Shown: positions 17,779 through 25,632, counted from the first letter of the stretch. The stretch: DNA of 49,132 nt from Candidatus Aenigmatarchaeota archaeon (GCA_016177025.1 JACOWB010000011.1:1-49132), one strand, 5' to 3'. Numbers and translations are program-made. The notes: generated by a model not told the origin, from the sequence alone.

Positions 17779-18003
17779 TCAAATCTCAGTTTGTCTTCTA
17801 AATGTTCTACGCACATGTCTTATAACTCTAGGGCCATATGCTACGCCAGACCCAAGCATAACAAGTCCCATTACTGTCCCACAAAATAAAGATTCGTCTT
17901 TCCCGGTCAGATACTGGTAAATACTCGCTATACCTTAACTACCTATGTAATTTCCGATAGCGCCAGCAACTAAACCACTTATTAAATTGCTTTCATAAGG
18001 CAT
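17779..18003 (-). pseudogene. Small two-TM glycine-rich membrane protein with an in-frame TAA
   Basis: MPYESNLISGLVAGAIGNYIGS*GIASIYQYLTGKDESLFCGTVMGLVMLGSGVAYGPRVIRHVRRTFRRQTEI; TAA at 17935-17937. Confidence 0.45.
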
Positions 18004-18147
18004 GCTAATACCAACTAACAAAATACATAATAAATAACTATTTACCTTTTTATTTAAACAATCAGTTGGAAAATGAAATAAACACCTGTCCCATATGGGT
18101 CATCATTAAACTTAAAAAGAAATACCACCAACTCTAATGAGTTAATT

Positions 18148-18336
18148 ATGTCAAAAGGAACGCCCTCAATGGGAAAGTTTCACTCCAAGCTGAAGCATAC
18201 AAGATGCAGGAGATGCGGAAGAGTATCATTTCATATGCAGAAGGGAGAATGCTCTGCGTGCGGTTTCGGCAAGAGCGCCAAGATAAAGGATTACGCTTGG
18301 AAAACACACGACATCAACAGAATGAGAAAGCTGTAG
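18148..18336 (+). CDS. rpl37e: 50S ribosomal protein L37e
   Basis: [34 protein letters not shown] zinc finger. Confidence 0.97.
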   Translation: MSKGTPSMGKFHSKLKHTRCRRCGRVSFHMQKGECSACGFGKSAKIKDYAWKTHDINRMRKL

Positions 18337-18882
18337 CTACAAAGTTTTGATAATCATGATGCACTTGCCTCCAAGCTCCTGAAGATCGCCGTTATTTGAA
18401 ATTTCAAAATCAAATTTTTCATGATTGATAATCTTCCCCAAGTCATTCACCTTTTTGTCCTTTTCGTCGACTCCGTTGAAATCTTCCTTCGAGACCATGG
18501 GATCAATTTCCCGTTTTCGCGACAGGTATCTTTTGTATCTGATTTTATAATCGGCATCGAGCTTGACCAAATAGAACTTGAAATCCTTCTTGTTCCTCCA
18601 AAAATCAAGCGCTGAACTAGTCCGTATGTTTGGGATTATTATTTTAGTTCCTTTTTCTTTCAATATTTCTTCGAAGAGAAGTTCGTCGGCTTTCCTGCCC
18701 AACTTTTGCAAAAGCACTCTATACGCATCTCTGGTGTGAGGCAAATTCTTGCTTTTCGCGACTGGCGCCAAAACTTTTTCTGTGTAGCTGTATTTTTTAA
18801 ATCCGTGCTTGGCGAAAATGTTCGCGACCGTGTCCTTGCCGGAGCAAGTAAGCCCGCACAAACCAACGCAGATTTTTTTCAT
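18337..18882 (-). CDS. P-loop kinase (dephospho-CoA-kinase-like family), paralog 2
   Basis: VGLCGLTCSGKDT; IIPNIR; RYKRYLSRKRE; DFEISNNGDL. Confidence 0.8.
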   Translation of the reverse strand: MKKICVGLCGLTCSGKDTVANIFAKHGFKKYSYTEKVLAPVAKSKNLPHTRDAYRVLLQKLGRKADELLFEEILKEKGTKIIIPNIRTSSALDFWRNKKDFKFYLVKLDADYKIRYKRYLSRKREIDPMVSKEDFNGVDEKDKKVNDLGKIINHEKFDFEISNNGDLQELGGKCIMIIKTL

Positions 18883-18883
18883 A

Positions 18884-19459
18884 TCAACATCTTATTGACG
18901 ATGGTAAAAGCGTTCCATTCAATCTCTGCAACTCATGTCTCAAATTTCCCAAGCCGTCGACATTGTTATCAATCACCAAATCAAAATGATTCCCGGATTT
19001 TATCTTTCCCATGTCAGTTAATCTTGAGTCCTCGTCATCAATCTTTCTCAGATCTTCGATTGTCGCTATAGTTTTCTCACCCTCTTTCTCCCGTCTTAAG
19101 TATCTTGAAAACCTCGTTTCTTCAGACGCTTCGACCCAGCCCATCGTATACGGATAACCCAGACTTGTAAAATAGTTTCTTGTCGCCAACAGCCTGCCAT
19201 TCGGAGTAATTAAAACGCCTGTGCCACCCTCGACCGCCAGTTGATGCAATCTTTCATATGCAGATATACCCATTTTCACATACAAGGACCTCAGGGATTC
19301 TCTCGTTATAGGCATGCCTCTTTTCACAGCTTCAGGTATCAGTATTCTTTCAGTCATGTCCAGTATCTTGATGTTAATATCAGGGCAAGCCTGTTTTATC
19401 ATCTCTCCTGCGGTATTCTTTCCAGAGCAGGTGTATCCGCTTAGTTCAATGACATGCAT
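18884..19459 (-). CDS. P-loop kinase (same family), paralog 3
   Basis: IELSGYTCSGKNT; RFSRYLRREKE; DLVIDNN; start ATG 19459 (the track start runs into the tRNA). Confidence 0.75.
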   Translation of the reverse strand: MHVIELSGYTCSGKNTAGEMIKQACPDINIKILDMTERILIPEAVKRGMPITRESLRSLYVKMGISAYERLHQLAVEGGTGVLITPNGRLLATRNYFTSLGYPYTMGWVEASEETRFSRYLRREKEGEKTIATIEDLRKIDDEDSRLTDMGKIKSGNHFDLVIDNNVDGLGNLRHELQRLNGTLLPSSIRC

Positions 19460-19518
19460 TAATTTCACAAGCGTTCTTAAGTTTATAAATTTATTTGATA
19501 ATTCCAAACTAATAATAA

Positions 19519-19635
19519 GGGCCCATAGCTCAGCATGGCAGAGCACCTGGCTTTTAACTATATGTTAAAAAGCATATTGATCCAAGATGATAGGAAGGAA
19601 CCAGTGGGTCGAGGGTTCAAATCCCTCTGGGCTCA
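19519..19635 (+). tRNA. tRNA-Lys(TTT) with 43-nt intron at 37/38 (19557-19599)
   Basis: Acceptor GGGCCCA/TGGGCTC; BHB helix CTTT/GAAG, outer helix CTAT/ATAG; T arm GAGGG-TTCAAAT-CCCTC. Confidence 0.9.
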
Positions 19636-19642
19636 TTCAACC

Positions 19643-20047
19643 ATGAAATCAAAAATGCAAAAGTCTGACACAGAATGGAAAACATGTCTGTCTCCAGAAG
19701 AGTATCGCATTCTAAGAGAAAAGGGAACCGAAACCCCGTTCACTGGAAAATACTACAAGAACAAGAAGAAAGGAATGTACATCTGTGCTGGATGCGGGGC
19801 TGAATTATTTCCCTCCGATACCAAATACGAGTCCGGTACAGGATGGCCCAGCTTTTGGAAACCTGCCAAAAAAGAAAACGTGGAAACCAAGCCTGATAAT
19901 AGTCTATTCATGCAGAGGACTGAAGTCTTGTGCAAGAAATGCGGCGGTCATCTCGGACATGTTTTTGATGACGGGCCAGAACCGACAGGAAAAAGATTCT
20001 GTATAAATTCCGCTTCATTGAATTTCAAAGAAAAAAAATCTAAATAG
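19643..20047 (+). CDS. msrB: Peptide-methionine (R)-S-oxide reductase
   Basis: [48 protein letters not shown]. Confidence 0.96.
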   Translation: MKSKMQKSDTEWKTCLSPEEYRILREKGTETPFTGKYYKNKKKGMYICAGCGAELFPSDTKYESGTGWPSFWKPAKKENVETKPDNSLFMQRTEVLCKKCGGHLGHVFDDGPEPTGKRFCINSASLNFKEKKSK

Positions 20048-20049
20048 CT

Positions 20050-20658
20050 CTAGAACCCAAGTTTTTCCTTAACAAACAGTATTGTGATCCTTCCAGCCAT
20101 TTTTTCTTTATTTACAATCAGAATCTTGTTAACCCCGCTACCAACACCGTAAGTTTTTTTCGCCCTTTCATCTTCTAATGGAAAAGTATATTCGTAAATC
20201 CTTTTGAGTCCTTCATCAAGATTTTTGACTATCTTTTGCGCACCGACAACCCATATAACATGACTTGCAGCATATACATAGGCTGGCAACTGGCTGCCGC
20301 TGTTGGATGCAATTAGCACTTTTCCGTCTTCGGTTACAGCATGCGCACTTCCAACTGCCCATTCGGGAGCTGCACCCAATTTTTGCATCTCCGCACCCTG
20401 AGTGTTTCTGTCCATTGACATTAATTTTTTCTTCACAGAATTGTATTTTTCAGATTCCATTATCTCCTTTGATAAGCCAATGGTGTCCAAGGTCGTGGAA
20501 CTCATGTTCATGACCTCTGATCCTTCAGGCAAAATCCCCAGAACTTTCTCCCTTGCCTCTTCACCATTCTCAACTACGATGGCGTCTATTCCATTTGCTT
20601 TAAGCGCTTTAACCGTAGCTTGAATCTGCGCATCGCTCGCAAGTTCATCCCATTTCAT
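20050..20658 (-). CDS. LUD-domain (lactate-utilisation / DUF162-like) protein
   Basis: SSTTLDTIG, AVGSAHAVTEDG, SNSGSQL, VVGAQKIV, YEYTFPLEDER. Confidence 0.8.
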   Translation of the reverse strand: MKWDELASDAQIQATVKALKANGIDAIVVENGEEAREKVLGILPEGSEVMNMSSTTLDTIGLSKEIMESEKYNSVKKKLMSMDRNTQGAEMQKLGAAPEWAVGSAHAVTEDGKVLIASNSGSQLPAYVYAASHVIWVVGAQKIVKNLDEGLKRIYEYTFPLEDERAKKTYGVGSGVNKILIVNKEKMAGRITILFVKEKLGF

Positions 20659-20682
20659 ATAATCACAAAAAAGAGGAGAAGA

Positions 20683-20820
20683 TTAGTTGTTCTTCTCCAA
20701 TTCTTTAATTCGTTCGCCAACACCTTTGGCTTCCTTCTCCAGATTATCCTTGTATTCCTTAAGCATCTCTACCTTTTCATCCTTTGTAAGAAAGCCTCTT
20801 GCTCCAAATTCACCACACAT
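20683..20820 (-). CDS. 45-aa coiled-coil protein (DUF5320-like, PadR-associated)
   Basis: GGAGGTG RBS; MCGEFGARGFLTKDEKVEMLKEYKDNLEKEAKGVGERIKELEKNN. Not in the ORF track. Confidence 0.8.
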   Translation of the reverse strand: MCGEFGARGFLTKDEKVEMLKEYKDNLEKEAKGVGERIKELEKNN

Positions 20821-20837
20821 TATAACGCCACCTCCTT

Positions 20838-20898
20838 TATATCGGCCATACGATATATTGATTTGACAGGTATTTAAATGTATCGGACGTCCAATATA
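20838..20898. promoter_or_regulatory. Two inverted-repeat operators (TATATCG-N6-CGATATA type) flanking a TATA box
   Basis: Perfect copy 20838-20857; imperfect copy TGTATCG-GACGTC-CAATATA 20879-20898; TATTTAAA between them; lies between divergent padR and the 45-aa gene. Confidence 0.65.
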
Positions 20899-20902
20899 TC
20901 TT

Positions 20903-21202
20903 ATGAGAAAAGATTACTGCTGTGACATGAGAGGAATGCTTTCATTTCTTATACTGTTTTTACTTTCAAAAAAGGCGATGCATGGTCAGGAAATTGCAGA
21001 GGAACTAGAAAAAAGAAAGGGCGACAAACCCAGCCCAGGTACAATATACCCTGCTCTTAGAATGCTAAACAAAGATGGTTTAATCAAAAAGAAAAAGTCC
21101 GGAAAGACAATAACTTATAGTCTGACGCCTATTGGTAAAAGAGTGCTTGACATCGCAAAAAAGAAATTTGTCAGGACTTTTTTTGGGGTTTCCTCACCTT
21201 AA
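20903..21202 (+). CDS. PadR-family transcriptional regulator
   Basis: MRGMLSFLILFLL...MHGQEIAEEL, PSPGTIYPAL, YSLTPIG. Confidence 0.92.
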   Translation: MRKDYCCDMRGMLSFLILFLLSKKAMHGQEIAEELEKRKGDKPSPGTIYPALRMLNKDGLIKKKKSGKTITYSLTPIGKRVLDIAKKKFVRTFFGVSSP

Positions 21203-21250
21203 GTCTTAAATTGTCGCAGTTGCAACTTTCATGTTCAGAAAAGCCAATGG

Positions 21251-22228
21251 CTAAACTTCGACATTAATAAAATTATTCGTTTCGTTCAGCTCATCTATAA
21301 CATTGTTGGGGTCCAACATTATTTCTATCGCACTGAAATCTTTTTCTACGCGCAGATTACCAAGCGTAACGCTTAGGCTATTTCCAATCTGTATATCAGG
21401 CAATGTGTCGTTCTTCACTGCAATGCCGTCAGTGCTTATCGCCATCTGCGGGGATATCGCATCAACCAAACCATTGTTTTCTATTATTAGACTAATGTTG
21501 ATCAGATAAAATGTTGTAATCCTTTTTACAGTCGCCTTGGACACATTAGCTTCTATTATGCGCAAGTCCGGTTCCGGTTCAACCGAATATATTTCCTGCA
21601 GTCTGCTAACCTCCTTGTCAGGAATCCCTTTTATTTCTTTCGACGGCACAACCAAAATCGGATGCATTATATCATTCTCATCATCACTGTGATTCAGCCC
21701 CAGGGCATGGCCCATTTCATGTATGGCAAGATTCGTCATATCGATCGTGCTCAATTGCTTAGGTCCTGATTTGGTTAGGAGCTGTATATCCGCGCTTTGT
21801 ATCAGACCTGTCCCACTAATGTTGATGAACTTAATGTCTGTATTCCCGAGTGTATCCATCGCCTTTTCTTTCAGACTCGATACCCATTCGACTGTGACGT
21901 CAGCGGCAGGAGAGGATGTCACAAAAAATGATACGGTGTTATTCGTAGATGCTTGCCATAATTCTAGAGCTCCCCTGAAAGCATCAACATATTCCGTGTC
22001 TTGTCTGACAGAATCAGTGTCTACATATACCGTCAACGGAAAGTGGTTCCATCTTAAATTAAGCGTTTGCGGCTCTTCTTCGGGCAGGTTGAACTTGGAT
22101 TCGCTCACATTAATCGGTGTGATGGGGGAGCTTAATTCAATGAGCATCTGGCCGCTTTTATAACCAATCACAACCAAGATCGCCAGAATCAGAATGCCCA
22201 CGATAGAATTGATCAGTTTCATAATCAA
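21251..22228 (-). CDS. Membrane-anchored matrixin-type zinc metalloprotease with C-terminal CARDB-like domain
   Basis: HEMGHALGLNH, Met-turn DIMHP; PDLRI...IENNG...LDPNNVIDELNETNN. Confidence 0.88.
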   Translation of the reverse strand: MIMKLINSIVGILILAILVVIGYKSGQMLIELSSPITPINVSESKFNLPEEEPQTLNLRWNHFPLTVYVDTDSVRQDTEYVDAFRGALELWQASTNNTVSFFVTSSPAADVTVEWVSSLKEKAMDTLGNTDIKFINISGTGLIQSADIQLLTKSGPKQLSTIDMTNLAIHEMGHALGLNHSDDENDIMHPILVVPSKEIKGIPDKEVSRLQEIYSVEPEPDLRIIEANVSKATVKRITTFYLINISLIIENNGLVDAISPQMAISTDGIAVKNDTLPDIQIGNSLSVTLGNLRVEKDFSAIEIMLDPNNVIDELNETNNFINVEV

Positions 22229-22291
22229 AGTTGGTTTGCATAATAGAAATGTTTTTATTAAAGGTTCACCATAGCTATTTCCGCTGATTTT

Positions 22292-22615
22292 ATGGTTATT
22301 CGAAAAATAGGCAAAGCTGTTGGCACATTGACAGGACCTAATTGGAAAAACCAGAGAAGAGGCCTGACGATTGGAAGGGAGTTACAGGAATTCAGAAGGG
22401 TCTTCAAGGACAATTTTGTCACTTTGATCGTTTCCGCGTTCGGTGTCGTTGCAGCTCTGAGCTGGAATGATGCTTTAAAAGAGGTCATATTCGTGTTTTT
22501 TCCTGAAAAAGGGGATTTGATAGTTAAAGTCTATACTGCGGTTGCTGTAACTATTCTCTCGATAGTTGTTACATATCTTTTGTCAAAGTTGAAGACAAAA
22601 ACCAGTTCAAATTAA
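22292..22615 (+). CDS. DUF5654-like small membrane protein
   Basis: LIVSAFGVVAALSWNDA...YTAVAVTILSI signature. Confidence 0.75.
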   Translation: MVIRKIGKAVGTLTGPNWKNQRRGLTIGRELQEFRRVFKDNFVTLIVSAFGVVAALSWNDALKEVIFVFFPEKGDLIVKVYTAVAVTILSIVVTYLLSKLKTKTSSN

Positions 22616-22644
22616 TTTAAAGGTAGATACAAACTATTTCTTAG

Positions 22645-22731
22645 GGGCCCATAGCTCAGCATGGTAGAGCAGCTCAAGTGTTGCTGAAGCTCTTAACGAG
22701 ACGGTCATGGGTTCGAATCCCATTGGGCTCA
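22645..22731 (+). tRNA. tRNA-Lys(CTT) with 13-nt non-canonical intron at 30/31 (22676-22688)
   Basis: Acceptor GGGCCCA/TGGGCTC; splicing restores GCTCG/CGAGA around CTCTTAA; perfect BHB helix CAGC/GCTG. Confidence 0.9.
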
Positions 22732-23682
22732 CTAAATTGGCTTTAAAATTATAGCATTATTATCCCGGTCGAAGTCACTCTTAGCTTGAGAAGAATCTAT
22801 AGTCAAAGTAATCAAATCAACATTCCTTTCCGTATAAATCGCATCTGGTATCATCCAACCTGCTCCCGAACTCATGGCTGGTAGTGTATGCATTTTAGTT
22901 TCATCATCAAGCTTTATTTCAATCGAGACATTCTCTGATGTGATGAGACCCCTGTTCCAGACCGTGAAGTTTATTATGATGTATTTGTCGTGCTGTTCTG
23001 CGTTGACATCGCCGAAGTACAAATCAGGCAAAGCTTCTATAGAATACAGATTTCTCAGGGTCTGTTTCATCTCGTCTGTGATTTTGGCGCTGCAATCTAC
23101 GGAAGGGAACATCACACTCTTTACATCAGTCGTATGCGCGAATCCCAAGACATGTCCGATTTCGTGAACGATTGTTATCTTGTTTTCACATTCGCTTGAT
23201 GTAGGCGTATACAGCATCTCAGCTGATCTTACAAGACTGAAGAGGCCGGTGTCGATTGCATCCAACTTGGCTTCACCGAGCGTGACTGTTATGGCTGATG
23301 TATTCCTTTCATTATATTCTCCTGCAGTCGCATAGCGGACGATAAAATGAGCTTTTTCCAATTCGGTCACTTCTGTGAATTTAACCAGTCCTGTAGCTTC
23401 CTTGTTCCAGATCTCTATCCCTTCTCGGATAAGTTGCAAGCTTGTGTTCTCGGTTATTCTTGAATAGAAAGTGAGCTCGCTCGAGTTCCAGCGGGCCTTT
23501 TCGTAAATCATTGCGTGCGGAATGGTCACTTGGACGTCATTAAGAATGTATTTATCGGGTTTGAAAGTTTTAGATATTTCTGCATCCTGCTCTGTAGATT
23601 CTGGGCTTTGCGGAGAAAATCGCGGTTCGGCGCATCCCGACAAAAACAAGACGGCTACCAAACAAAAAATCACCAGCTTCAT
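22732..23682 (-). CDS. Lipoprotein matrixin-type zinc metalloprotease with CARDB-like domain (paralog)
   Basis: Lipobox-like LFLSGC after ATG 23682; HEIGHVLGFAH, SVMFP; LPDLYF...VWNRG...DFDRDNN. Confidence 0.85.
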   Translation of the reverse strand: MKLVIFCLVAVLFLSGCAEPRFSPQSPESTEQDAEISKTFKPDKYILNDVQVTIPHAMIYEKARWNSSELTFYSRITENTSLQLIREGIEIWNKEATGLVKFTEVTELEKAHFIVRYATAGEYNERNTSAITVTLGEAKLDAIDTGLFSLVRSAEMLYTPTSSECENKITIVHEIGHVLGFAHTTDVKSVMFPSVDCSAKITDEMKQTLRNLYSIEALPDLYFGDVNAEQHDKYIIINFTVWNRGLITSENVSIEIKLDDETKMHTLPAMSSGAGWMIPDAIYTERNVDLITLTIDSSQAKSDFDRDNNAIILKPI

Positions 23683-23702
23683 AAAAATAACTGCTGTATC
23701 AG

Positions 23703-23909
23703 TTAAAATACAAATCTTTCTTCTAGGATTCTTGCATCGCCGCCGGATTTCTTGATGAATGACGCTATATCCATTAAGCTTGTCAACTCGCCAAAACTCC
23801 ATACAGATCTTTGAATGTGTTTGGCGCCGATTTTAGTCAACATTCTTTGCGCCTGTTTCATGCTTGACTTTTCTCCTAATGGAATGTCGAAAATTAAAGC
23901 AAATCTCAT
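23703..23909 (-). CDS. Stand-alone Cas2/VapD/PaaX-like ferredoxin-fold protein
   Basis: MRFALIFDIP...RMLTKIGAKHIQRSVW matches the hhhhYDI...L...G..hQ.SV pattern; 68 aa from ATG 23909. Confidence 0.7.
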   Translation of the reverse strand: MRFALIFDIPLGEKSSMKQAQRMLTKIGAKHIQRSVWSFGELTSLMDIASFIKKSGGDARILEERFVF

Positions 23910-23928
23910 GTTTTCCCACCTGTTAACA

Positions 23929-23946
23929 ATGTCGCATATGCGACAT
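23929..23946. promoter_or_regulatory. Perfect 18-bp palindrome ATGTCGCATATGCGACAT (candidate operator)
   Basis: Exact reverse-complement symmetry, between the divergent starts at 23909 and 23984. Confidence 0.7.
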
Positions 23947-23983
23947 ACAAAGATTTTTGTATTCAAAAGGATAATAAAGAAAT

Positions 23984-24109
23984 ATGGCAGAAGACGTTAA
24001 AAAGAAAATCGAAGACATAGCATACGAAGTGGGATATTCAACAGGTAAGAAAAAGTACAAAGGATATAAAAAAGGATTCACGAGAAAATACACAGGATAT
24101 AAGAAATAA
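23984..24109 (+). CDS. 41-aa basic peptide with repeated G[YF]KK units
   Basis: MAEDVKKKIEDIAYEVGYSTGKKKYKGYKKGFTRKYTGYKK fills the gap exactly. Not in the ORF track. Confidence 0.6.
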   Translation: MAEDVKKKIEDIAYEVGYSTGKKKYKGYKKGFTRKYTGYKK

Positions 24110-24112
24110 AAT

Positions 24113-25114
24113 CTATTGAACTGTCAGTATAGCTGTGTTGCATATGCTAGATGTGCACAATCTTAAAGTGTGAGTACCTTTTGATAATTGGTTATAGATT
24201 TTAATTGTGGCTATTTCCCCCGAATTAATCTGTGAACCCAAATCATATTCGGCCTTTATTTCTTGCTCTGACAAGGCTCTCCTATATACAGTCACCGAAT
24301 CAAGCAAGCAGGCGCATGGAAAACCGCCCCCCGCCACATCCCCAATAGTAAAGTTTGAAGTTTCTGTAAAATTGTCAATGCCAGTCAGCAGTACAGGTCC
24401 ATTCCCAAGCACGCCATCCTTGTATATACTTAGCCCAACTCCGCGCTTCAAAACAAAAGAATAGAAATGCCAACCCAAATCGGTAATCGACACGCCATTT
24501 GCAGGAAAACCGGTACTATCGTCATCCCTGCCCCCCATGCTAATTGTAGTTCCAGCCACACTTGTTTCTATCGCCCAGCCATCCTGCCCAGTGCCCCTCG
24601 TGTCAAACATAAACTGCCTTCTTAATGCATCATACTTCAGCCAGAAACTCAAAGTAAAGGATGTGCTGTTGTCAAAATCAAGAGTATTGCCATGCGATAC
24701 TACAATGCGGTCATTTATACCGTCAAACTTCATGCAGTTTCCAAACTTGCAGTCGGTTGAGTTCCAACCGCTTGTAGCATTTCCAGTAGTATTCATATTT
24801 GTGAGATTCCCAGTATTCATATTCCCACTACTATCAGCAATAGTGCTTCCGCTTCCCTCATCCATCTTCCAATAGCCTACAAGCGAGGAATCTTGCTTGG
24901 ACACACGATAAACAGCATCATTGCCATCTATTTTAACGTTATTAAAAGATGCTAATGACCCTGTACCCGAATTCCTTATTGTAACTGTGTCGTTAACAGC
25001 ATCAATTATTTCAAATGTTGCTGCTGTTTTGCCTGTGAAAACATCCGATACATACAGGTAAGTTGTTCCGCCTAGCGCACCAACAATCATTAACATTAGA
25101 ATCGATGCAATGAC
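24113..25114 (-). pseudogene. Archaeal type-IV-pilin-like protein with inserted LamG domain, 5'-truncated
   Basis: Frame opens VIASILMLMIVGALGGTTYLY (hydrophobic part of a class III signal) with no upstream K/R-G start and a TAG two codons earlier; LamG motifs LVGYWKMDEG, FDGIND, WHFY, LDSVTVYRRALS. Confidence 0.7.
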
Positions 25115-25196
25115 CTTCGTCTAGCCCGGTCAATTAAAGCCGTTAGGACGTGACCTTCTCGAGGTCGAAACCTGGGTTCAAATCCCAGAGGGAGCA
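25114..25196 (+). pseudogene. tRNA-Glu(CTC) lacking nt 1-4, with 12-nt D-loop intron (25133-25144)
   Basis: 3' acceptor strand AGGGAGC-A; only positions 5-7 (CCT) pair; anticodon arm TGACC-TTCTCGA-GGTCG; BHB helix CGGT/GCCG. Confidence 0.8.
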
Positions 25197-25250
25197 CTTG
25201 CTGGAAGCATGCGCAAATCTTTAAATATAATCACAGCCACCATTCTACTG

Positions 25251-25379
25251 ATGGAAATGAGCTACCTTTCAAGCGATGTGTTTCCAGAACTAAGCAAACA
25301 CGTCTGCTGCAACTTGGAGAGGTTCAAAACGGCTAGTACAGGCTTTAATATATCCTGCCCGTGCTTCTGCCACAAATAA
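25251..25379 (+). CDS. Cys/His-rich microprotein, copy B (MEMSYLSSDVFPELSKHVCCNLERFKTASTGFNISCPCFCHK)
   Basis: TTTAAATATAA box about 25 bp upstream; 19 of 40 positions identical to copy A without gaps (counted from ATG 25257). Confidence 0.8.
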   Translation: MEMSYLSSDVFPELSKHVCCNLERFKTASTGFNISCPCFCHK

Positions 25380-25470
25380 GCTTAAATACTCATACTTTCA
25401 ACTGTTATAGAATTGTACGAGCCTACTTCTGTAGTATCGTATGAGATAAAATAAAAAGGAGTGAATATAG

Positions 25471-25632
25471 ATGGCATTCGGTGGAGGCAGCCGTTTCGGT
25501 GGACCTCGAAAGATGTTTGACATAACCTGCTCTGACTGCGGTCAGCCAGGACAAGTACCTTTCGAACCTTCTGAAGGCAAGCCTGTGTATTGTAGAGAGT
25601 GTTACCCAAAGCATAGCACGAGAAAGTTCTAA
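25471..25632 (+). CDS. CxxC-x17-CxxC zinc-ribbon protein
   Basis: RKMFDITCSDCGQPGQVPFEPSEGKPVYCRECY; AAGGAGTGA RBS; T-rich tract downstream. Not in the ORF track. Confidence 0.92.
   Translation: MAFGGGSRFGGPRKMFDITCSDCGQPGQVPFEPSEGKPVYCRECYPKHSTRKF

Noticed and set aside
19535-19642. N-terminal extension of msrB in the ORF track
   Set aside because: It overlaps tRNA-Lys(TTT); the real start is ATG 19643 or 19655.
23703-24109. CRISPR-Cas locus
   Set aside because: No repeat-spacer array, cas1 or other cas genes were seen in the window; only the Cas2-like fold is supported.
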